A stretch of 64,000 nt of DNA from a virus (Duplodnaviria > Caudoviricetes): the IMG/VR virus record IMGVR_UViG_2563367173_000002, positions 32,001-96,000 of that record. One strand, 5' to 3'. Shown here piece by piece: positions 21,298 to 29,384 of this stretch. The notes beneath the pieces are model-generated. The model did no database searches, had not been told where the DNA came from, and saw only the letters and a program-made list of their open reading frames with translations. A program made the position numbers and the translations under genes. Every line of letters begins with the position of its first letter. Within the stretch, counting starts at the first letter, position 1.

Positions 21298-21345
21298 ATA
21301 CCATATATAGCAATCGCTTGTATAGTCAAGCACCATATATGGTAT
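21298..21345. promoter_or_regulatory. tandem NrdR-box-like operators overlapping a minus-strand promoter
   Basis: ATACCATATATAGCAA and GCACCATATATGGTAT, starts 32 bp apart; TTGACT on the minus strand at 21324-21329. Confidence 0.6.
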
Positions 21346-21349
21346 ATTT

Positions 21350-22252
21350 TTATTGTTCAGACACTATCTTTTTGAACATTTCATCTACAGAATCCAATAA
21401 ATCATATCTCCTATTAAAATCAGCAGTAGAACTTCTTGCAAATTTCTGTTCAACCATATCAATGTAATAAGTCATTGAACCGTCATCCCCCATATAGAAT
21501 TCATCCCACTCTTCCTGACTCATTAATCGCTGAACTTCAAGCTGTTCAATAGCAAGATTATCAAAACTCACTACTTTGAAACGCTCAATGATTCCACCAA
21601 GATTTTCTTTCAGCCACATTTGCTTAATAATGATATTTTCGTGATCCTCACTATACCATTCACCACCACGCCTTAACTGCTTATATCCAAGGATAAGCAT
21701 CTTCAAATTCTTATCAGATAACATTTCTACGTCTGAAGGCTTGAGAATACCGTTAATCACATGTATAACTGCATTTGGATATTGCTGAATTAGTGATATA
21801 AATTCATCTGTTGGATTTACAAGTGACACACCAAGACCATATATCAATTTTTCATCAACCAACTTCTTAATCAATTCCTGTTTCTGCTCAAAGTGTTGCT
21901 GGTTTACGGTCATATTCACAATGACTTTTCTATCCTTTAGCTTATGTAAAAACGGAATCAAATCTGGATGACTTGTTGCATCACCACCACCAAGCGCAAC
22001 CTCCTGATATGGATGCAAAGTCTCGATAAACTTTTGATTCAGAATATCACCATGCTTACCATTTTTTGTGCTACCTTCATGGCAGAATTTGCAGCCCATA
22101 TCACAATAATTACTTATCTTGATATCCATATTCTCTGCAAACTCAGGAATAAATTCATCATCTTCTGTCTCTCTTATTTTGGTTCCGTCTGAAAATATGC
22201 GTGTACGCATATTCCCATTCTTATAAATTCCCAACAGATTCATTTTTATCAT
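21350..22252 (-). CDS. radical SAM protein
   Basis: NYCDMGCKFCHE, ALGGGD, NMTVN. Confidence 0.88.
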   Translation of the reverse strand: MIKMNLLGIYKNGNMRTRIFSDGTKIRETEDDEFIPEFAENMDIKISNYCDMGCKFCHEGSTKNGKHGDILNQKFIETLHPYQEVALGGGDATSHPDLIPFLHKLKDRKVIVNMTVNQQHFEQKQELIKKLVDEKLIYGLGVSLVNPTDEFISLIQQYPNAVIHVINGILKPSDVEMLSDKNLKMLILGYKQLRRGGEWYSEDHENIIIKQMWLKENLGGIIERFKVVSFDNLAIEQLEVQRLMSQEEWDEFYMGDDGSMTYYIDMVEQKFARSSTADFNRRYDLLDSVDEMFKKIVSEQ

Positions 22253-22262
22253 CCTTTCTTAA

Positions 22263-22676
22263 TTAGCAATAACCATATTCACCAAATGCAACAATTTTAT
22301 CACCATTTTTGGAAGTGTATCTCTGTACAAATGTTTCTAAATCGCCATCATGCATATATTGGTCATACGTCTTTGCGTCTTCATCAATAATGTCATTCTC
22401 TTTTGCATATTTAGTATAATATTTCTGTTTTGTATCCTCAGACAAATCATTCCAATCTTTCTGAAAATCGTCTTTATTTTCTTCATAATCTTCTTGTGCC
22501 ATTTTTTTATCATGTTCACTTAATTTTGTTGCAGATATAAAATTTTCTTCTCCATATTCATGAAATAATACTTCTCCTCTTTTCCAAGCCTCAAATTCCT
22601 CTTCACTGCACATAGTAAGTGAATGTGTGCTGCTACTATTTGTTTCAAATACTCCACGCCTTATTTGTCTCTTCAT
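22263..22676 (-). CDS. FETNSSS-motif protein 3
   Basis: MKRQIRRGVFETNSSSTHSL after SD AAGGAGG. Confidence 0.75.
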   Translation of the reverse strand: MKRQIRRGVFETNSSSTHSLTMCSEEEFEAWKRGEVLFHEYGEENFISATKLSEHDKKMAQEDYEENKDDFQKDWNDLSEDTKQKYYTKYAKENDIIDEDAKTYDQYMHDGDLETFVQRYTSKNGDKIVAFGEYGYC

Positions 22677-22692
22677 AAAATAAATTTCCTCC

Positions 22693-23139
22693 TTAATCAC
22701 AATCTGTTTTTAATGACACATACTTATTGAATACAAAATTGATAACCGCATCCTCATCATAAACATTGACAATTTCAATATTGCCACAGGGCCGCGACTG
22801 ATGATCAATCTCTGGTTCCTGTTCTCCTAAAATCTTAATTCCTGTCGCACCTGTATATTTACAAATAGCATCCTGAATTTCTCTAAATTCCCACTTGTCA
22901 TAAATATCAGATATATCATATCCTGACAGATAATATAAACAAGTAATCAGATAGGAAAGTTTGTCATATTGTGATGTATAAATACGTTTGTCTTTTCCAA
23001 ACTGTCCAAAATCAATTTCTATTTCTCCATCCTTATTCAGTTTGAATTCACTCGGTTCCTTGCCCTCATTAGAAATAACCAAACTGTGAACCGAAGACGA
23101 ATTTGTTTCAAATACACCTTTTCTAATCTTCCTTTTCAT
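22693..23139 (-). CDS. FETNSSS-motif protein 2
   Basis: MKRKIRKGVFETNSSSVHSL after SD GGAGG. Confidence 0.75.
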   Translation of the reverse strand: MKRKIRKGVFETNSSSVHSLVISNEGKEPSEFKLNKDGEIEIDFGQFGKDKRIYTSQYDKLSYLITCLYYLSGYDISDIYDKWEFREIQDAICKYTGATGIKILGEQEPEIDHQSRPCGNIEIVNVYDEDAVINFVFNKYVSLKTDCD

Positions 23140-23149
23140 TGATCCTCCC

Positions 23150-23863
23150 TTAATCCTCTCTTGGATATTCATGAACAATCATATCCATATTTACTAGCCC
23201 TGTTTGCTTCATATTGTCCCAATAGCAATATTCATCACCGTCTTGAATGACGACATATTTCTTATTTATAAGATATTCTTCAAGAGAAATACCTTCATGC
23301 TCTAAAAATCCACTTAGAATATCTTCATCAACATATCCTGTGCATGGTATGTCATAATGCCACCAGCCATTTGAAGATTTCCAATACTCAATTTCAAAAC
23401 CCCAATCCTTTTCTTTCTGTGATAAATATTCTTTTAGTTCATCTTCTGTCTTACCATACTTCTGATAATAGTCATCGTTTTTATGTTCTTCATCATTTTT
23501 ATCTACAATACTATCACTGTCCATTGGCAGTTTGATCTTTTTAAGACCTGGTATATATTTCAATGCAAGTGCAACGAGTTCTTTATAAACATCATCATTA
23601 TAGTCATGAACCAACGAAGCACACGCATACAACCATTTATCTGTAAATGTTCCCAAAGCCCTAAATGGACTCCTACCAAATTCCAAATCGTGATCCCAAG
23701 GCTCCCAAACACAAGATTCCTCGCCTGTATCTTCATCTTTACATAAATATATTCCGTCTAAAATTTCTTCTGGAGTATATTTATCATCTCTCTTCATAAC
23801 TGTTAAACTATGCATAGAACTCGAATTTGTTTCAAAAACATTTCTTCTAATCTGTCTCTTCAT
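23150..23863 (-). CDS. FETNSSS-motif protein 1
   Basis: MKRQIRRNVFETNSSSMHSL after SD AAGGAG. Confidence 0.75.
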   Translation of the reverse strand: MKRQIRRNVFETNSSSMHSLTVMKRDDKYTPEEILDGIYLCKDEDTGEESCVWEPWDHDLEFGRSPFRALGTFTDKWLYACASLVHDYNDDVYKELVALALKYIPGLKKIKLPMDSDSIVDKNDEEHKNDDYYQKYGKTEDELKEYLSQKEKDWGFEIEYWKSSNGWWHYDIPCTGYVDEDILSGFLEHEGISLEEYLINKKYVVIQDGDEYCYWDNMKQTGLVNMDMIVHEYPRED

Positions 23864-24752
23864 ACTTCTCCTTTTTCTCAAAAATCAGCTTATCCATATT
23901 AAATCCAGCAGCTCCCTTATGACCTCCACCACCATATTTCTTTGCAATGTTAGAAACATCCACAGTTTTTGAATACATACTATATGTCCATGTACCATTC
24001 CTTCCATTGAATGAAAATGGCATTAAAATATCATATGAATTGTCATCCACAGATTTAAACCAATCACTACCAGCAAGTCCAACATTCATTGCATACACTT
24101 TATATCCCTCAAATTCTGTTTCAAAACCTTTGGACTCGCAGTATTCTTTTGCAAAACTATCACGATACTTGATGATTACTTTTCTTTCTTCAATATATTT
24201 ATTCTCTGCATCATCATCTAAAAGGTTATACCAAATCTCGTTATCTGGGCTTTTATCGTATGCATCAAATCCCATATGAAAATATCTTGTATCATCACCA
24301 TATTCAAAAGCCCATACATCATAATCAGCGATATATTTTGTAAACATAGGTGCATCTTTTGTCATAGAAATATTAAATTTTTTCGGATTGCCACCTCCTC
24401 TTTCAGTCATATGATGTAACCAACAATATGTAAGCATACAACCGGCTATCCCGTCATATCTAATTCCACGAATAGGAATTTCAAAATCCGTATATCTTTC
24501 TATTGCTGATTTATGATGATCAATCCAGGTTACATCTTTTGTTATTTCTAACAGTTTTCTCATTTCGTCTGGCATAATTGAATAGTCAACAATATATACC
24601 TGCTCATTAGGATTTATCTTGTCAAAAGAAAATTCCATTCCATAATTGATAGGAATAAATTCTGACTCATATCCATCATATACTCCTGCACTTAAATACA
24701 CCCAAGATGCAGCACATTTCCCATCATCATCTACATGATAAAAACATTTCAA
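23847..24752 (-). CDS. DHH/DHHA1 phosphoesterase (NrnB-like)
   Basis: YHVDDDG, IVDYS, WIDHH, DYDVW, GGGGHKGAAGF. Confidence 0.88.
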   Translation of the reverse strand: MKCFYHVDDDGKCAASWVYLSAGVYDGYESEFIPINYGMEFSFDKINPNEQVYIVDYSIMPDEMRKLLEITKDVTWIDHHKSAIERYTDFEIPIRGIRYDGIAGCMLTYCWLHHMTERGGGNPKKFNISMTKDAPMFTKYIADYDVWAFEYGDDTRYFHMGFDAYDKSPDNEIWYNLLDDDAENKYIEERKVIIKYRDSFAKEYCESKGFETEFEGYKVYAMNVGLAGSDWFKSVDDNSYDILMPFSFNGRNGTWTYSMYSKTVDVSNIAKKYGGGGHKGAAGFNMDKLIFEKKEKYEETD

Positions 24753-24767
24753 ATTATCAAACCCTCC

Positions 24768-26135
24768 TTAAAATTTTATCCAACCATCTCTAACACCTGT
24801 CATCCAATAAACCAAATCATCTTTATTATTTTCTAATTCTCCATCTATAACACGTTTCAGTATCTCATTTAACCAATACCCAATATCTTTACCTTCTTTG
24901 AGTTTCATCACCTCTTTTACATCGTTACCATTAACCGCTAAATCCTTTAATGAGAAACAAGATTTCTCAGATAATATTTCTTCAAGAATATTTTCTATAT
25001 TATTTATTTTCTCTATCCGAGATTCTTCATAATCCGGTTTTTGTCCTTTAATATCCGCTTTCCTGACTTCTAACAACCACCTAAACTGCTTTTCACCGAT
25101 TTTATTAAGCCATCTCTTAACGTACTTATTTCCTACCTCAAAAGTCGCATCATGATAATAAACAAGTTCTACTACATTATTTCTCGTTTCATTATCAAAC
25201 CTAAGACGTTTCATAATAGAGTCTGTAATTTCAGCACTTACCTTTCCGTGACCTTTAAAATGTCTAATACCATCTTCTCCATCTTGGTAGGAATATGGTT
25301 TGCCGAAATCATGAAAGAAAACAGCAAGTCTAACCACTAAATCATCAGACTCACATTTCTCTATTGCATGGACTGTATGATCAAATACATCATATGCATG
25401 ATATGGATTATTTTGTTGGAAACCTATCAAGTCTTTTAATTCTGGGATAAATAAGGAAAATACGTTTGGATATAAAACTAATTCAACACAGAATTGTTCA
25501 GAAGCAACTATTTTACAAAATTCACTATTAATTCTCTCAATTGAGATGTTCTTTAGTCTGTCATATTGTCGTTCTATTTCAAACATTGTTTCTGGGAGTC
25601 CTGCAAAACCTAGTTGTGCTTCAAATCTTATTGCTCTCAATATCCTCAAAGCGTCTTCGTTGAACCTGTCTTCTGCGGAGCCAACGCATCGAATCTTTTT
25701 ATATTTGATATCCTCCATGCCATTAAACGGATCAATTAAACCAGTTTTAGGATTGTATGCCATAGCATTAATCGTAAAATCTCTTCTCCGTAAATCTTCA
25801 ACCAGATTCTTTGTAAATGTTACATTGTCAGGTCTACGATTATCAGAATAATCTCCATCAATCCGATAAGTTGTAACTTCAAATGGTTCTTTATTTATCA
25901 GAATCGTTACTGTACCGTGTTGCAAACCAGTAGGAATAATTTCTTCATCAGGAAACGCTTTTAATATCTCATCTGGTGTGGCAGATGTGCAAATATCATA
26001 GTCGTGAGGTTTTCTTCCCAATACGCTATCTCTTACACATCCACCCACCATATATACTTCATGTCCGCATTTCTCTAATTCCTGTATGATGTAATTTACT
26101 GGTGCCGGAACTTCTACATTAATTCTTTTCATCAA
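24768..26135 (-). CDS. cca: CCA tRNA nucleotidyltransferase with HD domain
   Basis: VGGCVRD, DYD, EVTTYR, EDLRRRDFTINAMAY, RFNEDALRILRAIRF, HDFGK. Confidence 0.9.
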   Translation of the reverse strand: MMKRINVEVPAPVNYIIQELEKCGHEVYMVGGCVRDSVLGRKPHDYDICTSATPDEILKAFPDEEIIPTGLQHGTVTILINKEPFEVTTYRIDGDYSDNRRPDNVTFTKNLVEDLRRRDFTINAMAYNPKTGLIDPFNGMEDIKYKKIRCVGSAEDRFNEDALRILRAIRFEAQLGFAGLPETMFEIERQYDRLKNISIERINSEFCKIVASEQFCVELVLYPNVFSLFIPELKDLIGFQQNNPYHAYDVFDHTVHAIEKCESDDLVVRLAVFFHDFGKPYSYQDGEDGIRHFKGHGKVSAEITDSIMKRLRFDNETRNNVVELVYYHDATFEVGNKYVKRWLNKIGEKQFRWLLEVRKADIKGQKPDYEESRIEKINNIENILEEILSEKSCFSLKDLAVNGNDVKEVMKLKEGKDIGYWLNEILKRVIDGELENNKDDLVYWMTGVRDGWIKF

Positions 26136-27075
26136 TATTTACCTCAATTTGTGGAGTTTCAATAAACTTAGCCAATAATCCTTCGTGGTAAAAAATTTTG
26201 TCATTTTCAGTAACATCTTCTCCAAGAAACTTTCTTAAAACAAATGGTAACGCATAATTATCTAAACATTTAAACTCTATCTCTGTATTATCATTCTCAT
26301 CAATAATTTCTTTATAATATCCATCTGTCTTAACAATTTTATGAAGTATAAACAATTCTGTTTTTAACGGAACAGGCATATCTTTCATACCATTGCGAAT
26401 TGCAAACACGATTCTTTCTTGCTTATTTTTGTCCATATCAGACACATCAACCACAATTTCATCATTGGAAAAGAATACAACACGATCCATTGAAATAAAC
26501 ACTTCTGTTAAATATGTCAATGCACCATCCATAAGGTATTTTTCGTATGTGATATGTCTCTTAGGATTACAATTACCCAAAATAACCTGACGAATATATT
26601 TACTATTGATTATGTGCTGATTACCTGTATATCTCCCAATAAACTCTTCCCAAGATTCTGCTCCACCAAAAATATCTGAATTGTAATGATGTAAAGAAGA
26701 AAAATTAGCTTTTCTCATATCAATGCTGATAAAACATTTACCATCATTTGAAGACTTAAATATATCTTTATTTGGAAGATTTTTATGTGTAACAGCATAC
26801 TTGTTCATATCCTCTTCATTAAACTTATGATATGCTTCTGTATTTTTAATATCCAAAATAGCAGCATCTTTTACACGATTATATTCTTCAAAATAATCCT
26901 GTTCACAATTATATTTGGATAGTTCGCTTAAAAAGATATCCCACTTTTCAAGTGTCCCATAAAACTTATCATATAGTGCCAATATATCAGTAAAATATGG
27001 TTCCTGGAATATCCTGATTGGAATATTACAATCTTTACAGAACCTCTCTTTTGCTCTTGTAGATACTTCCATCAT
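26119..27075 (-). CDS. hypothetical protein with polymerase-palm-like motifs
   Basis: SIDMRKANF and FSNDEIV; function is inference. Confidence 0.6.
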   Translation of the reverse strand: MMEVSTRAKERFCKDCNIPIRIFQEPYFTDILALYDKFYGTLEKWDIFLSELSKYNCEQDYFEEYNRVKDAAILDIKNTEAYHKFNEEDMNKYAVTHKNLPNKDIFKSSNDGKCFISIDMRKANFSSLHHYNSDIFGGAESWEEFIGRYTGNQHIINSKYIRQVILGNCNPKRHITYEKYLMDGALTYLTEVFISMDRVVFFSNDEIVVDVSDMDKNKQERIVFAIRNGMKDMPVPLKTELFILHKIVKTDGYYKEIIDENDNTEIEFKCLDNYALPFVLRKFLGEDVTENDKIFYHEGLLAKFIETPQIEVNIDEKN

Positions 27076-28100
27076 ACCTCTCCCTTCACAATTCTCTCAT
27101 TCACATACATCTTAAATTCATTAATTCTTTTATGATCTGGCACATTAGGAAGAGATGTATTGTTTTTAGCATAATCAAATCTCTTCTCATATTCATTCAA
27201 CAAATCATAAAATTCAGTAATCGGTTGTTTATTTTCATCTAAAAACTCACCGTTGCGAATACTCATAAGTAAGTCATGTTCATCCGTCCTATATGTGATG
27301 ATTTCTTCTTTTTCAAGAATATCAATACACATCATATAAAGACGAATCAAGTGAGCCATATGCTTCCCCAACTTGTCATGACTGATCGCTTTCTCGTTTC
27401 GTTTGTCAATTTTGTTATAACTGCTTACAATCGCCTTCATTTCATTCCACATACCAGTCCAATCTCTCAAAGGATAATGTTTCAAACATACGTCCATAAA
27501 AATCTCGCTATCATATCCTTCTTGGACTGCTGTATCAATATATAACTTTACATCACTCTCATCATGTGGATAATATCTGTTTTTGAAATCATATTTTGCG
27601 TTATTGATACTTTTTAAAATATACGCTTCGTTCTGTGCCTGACCAACTAATCTTGCGGCTTTATTTTCCATCCTACGGAGTTGGCTACCGGCATATCCAC
27701 CAAATGTATGAATACAGATTTTAGATAGAAACATTTTTCTATTTTCCAAAAGTTCTCTTCCAACACTTGATAAATGTAGATAATGTTCTGGCTTGCAGCC
27801 CAAAATTTCCACTGTGTTAGGATTGTTGGATGTAAGTAATTGAATCATTTTATTAAATGAATATATCGTAGTGTCAGTATCTGCATTCACGACCTGCTCA
27901 AAATCTGTTCCTAACAGAATGTCTTTCTTAGAATTTAAGGCGATACCTCGCACATCTAAGTCAGATCCTTCTTTATCCATTCCATAAGCGTGACTTCCTC
28001 CAAGAGTTAAGAGAATGATGTTATCACCTAAATTCTTATCTTTTCTCAGGAAGTCATATTCACTTGTTTTCAATTTCTCTTTAATCTGTTCAATATTCAT
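27072..28100 (-). CDS. Pol-beta superfamily nucleotidyltransferase
   Basis: GGSHAYG...SDLDVRG, NNPNTVE, KHMAHLIRL. Confidence 0.85.
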   Translation of the reverse strand: MNIEQIKEKLKTSEYDFLRKDKNLGDNIILLTLGGSHAYGMDKEGSDLDVRGIALNSKKDILLGTDFEQVVNADTDTTIYSFNKMIQLLTSNNPNTVEILGCKPEHYLHLSSVGRELLENRKMFLSKICIHTFGGYAGSQLRRMENKAARLVGQAQNEAYILKSINNAKYDFKNRYYPHDESDVKLYIDTAVQEGYDSEIFMDVCLKHYPLRDWTGMWNEMKAIVSSYNKIDKRNEKAISHDKLGKHMAHLIRLYMMCIDILEKEEIITYRTDEHDLLMSIRNGEFLDENKQPITEFYDLLNEYEKRFDYAKNNTSLPNVPDHKRINEFKMYVNERIVKGEV

Positions 28101-28117
28101 TCTCTCAATCCTCTCTT

Positions 28118-28477
28118 CTATCTACATTCTTCAAATACAATAATCTTAAACACAGGTTTAAAATGTGGATTTTTTGTAATCACTCCCAGTTCTTGAAGTT
28201 TTACCAATTCTGCTTTCACCTTACCAAAACATTTTTCAATATCAGACACATCAAACATTTCTGTATCAAAACTATACTCATTACCAGAAGCCAAAACATA
28301 TCCAAAATATAAATGTGAACCACTCATCTGATCATCGAAAAATTGAATCTCGCCTTTGCACTGGTTGCAAATATAATCTTCTCCTTCATCTGACCACTTC
28401 CAATCTTTAAATTTATCTGTTTCGTTGCCAGTCAAATCATAACCAGCTATTACATAATAATTACTTTCCATGCTCAT
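28118..28477 (-). CDS. hypothetical phage protein
   Basis: Start probably MSME; the track ORF extends into a junction motif. Confidence 0.6.
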   Translation of the reverse strand: MSMESNYYVIAGYDLTGNETDKFKDWKWSDEGEDYICNQCKGEIQFFDDQMSGSHLYFGYVLASGNEYSFDTEMFDVSDIEKCFGKVKAELVKLQELGVITKNPHFKPVFKIIVFEECR

Positions 28478-28517
28478 AACTTCTTTTTCTCCTCCTATGA
28501 AATGCAAGTTTTAAGAC

Positions 28518-28856
28518 TCAATATGCTCTATCATCAATAGATTCTATAGATTTAATTTCATCAAGTATAGAACTTCCTATAATGTATAGTTTTTTAGAAA
28601 CTATCTTGCTAATTCTACTTATAAAATCCTCCCAACGCTCATACTTTTCTAACCATACTGTCATACTTACATTTCCATTTATATGTTGACATGCATATGT
28701 TCCTTTTGTATATTCTTCTCCATAATAGTAGAAATATAGTTCATATTTATGTAAATGCTTACTAATAAACCAAGGAACAAGCGAAGCGATTGTCACATAT
28801 TTATTCCCAATTTTAATTTGGAAATCAGTGTTACTTCCATTTTTTACAGTTTTCAA
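28518..28856 (-). CDS. hypothetical protein
   Basis: 112-aa ORF, SD GAGG. Confidence 0.55.
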   Translation of the reverse strand: MKTVKNGSNTDFQIKIGNKYVTIASLVPWFISKHLHKYELYFYYYGEEYTKGTYACQHINGNVSMTVWLEKYERWEDFISRISKIVSKKLYIIGSSILDEIKSIESIDDRAY

Positions 28857-28876
28857 TCGTCTATATCCTCTACAAT

Positions 28877-29362
28877 TTATGGCACAATCCTAATAATCTC
28901 TTTTCCACATTTCCCAGCATATCTTACACAATTACCAGTACCACCCTTAGAACCGTCCCACACAGCAATCACTTTATCAGCCAAATCAACCATATATTCA
29001 TTTCTCTTTTGCATCAGCCAGGGTTTATATTCTTCATCTGACACAAGTTTTACTGTGTCTGCTTTTGATAAAATATCATTATATAAATCAACACTTTCCT
29101 TAATCCATTTACATGAATGATTTTTACATGGGATTGCACAGTGAAGTTTTATATCATACCACTCTTCTTTTAATTCCAGAACTGCCAACGCAAATACTGT
29201 ATCCACTCCTAATGCCATACCTGTAATTGCTTCATCACAGATATTTTCTACAAGTAATTCTTTGAATTTATTTTTTAATTCCGACCATTGCCTATTATAA
29301 ATATCATAACCATACATTTTATTTGGTCTATGACCAGTAACACATATTTTCATAGATCGCAC
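28877..29362 (-). CDS. SLOG superfamily protein (YspA/DUF1273-like)
   Basis: VTGHRP, GMALGVD, KRNEYMVD, WDGSKGGT. Confidence 0.85.
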   Translation of the reverse strand: MRSMKICVTGHRPNKMYGYDIYNRQWSELKNKFKELLVENICDEAITGMALGVDTVFALAVLELKEEWYDIKLHCAIPCKNHSCKWIKESVDLYNDILSKADTVKLVSDEEYKPWLMQKRNEYMVDLADKVIAVWDGSKGGTGNCVRYAGKCGKEIIRIVP

Positions 29363-29384
29363 CCCCTTTCTTGAAACGTGGGTT

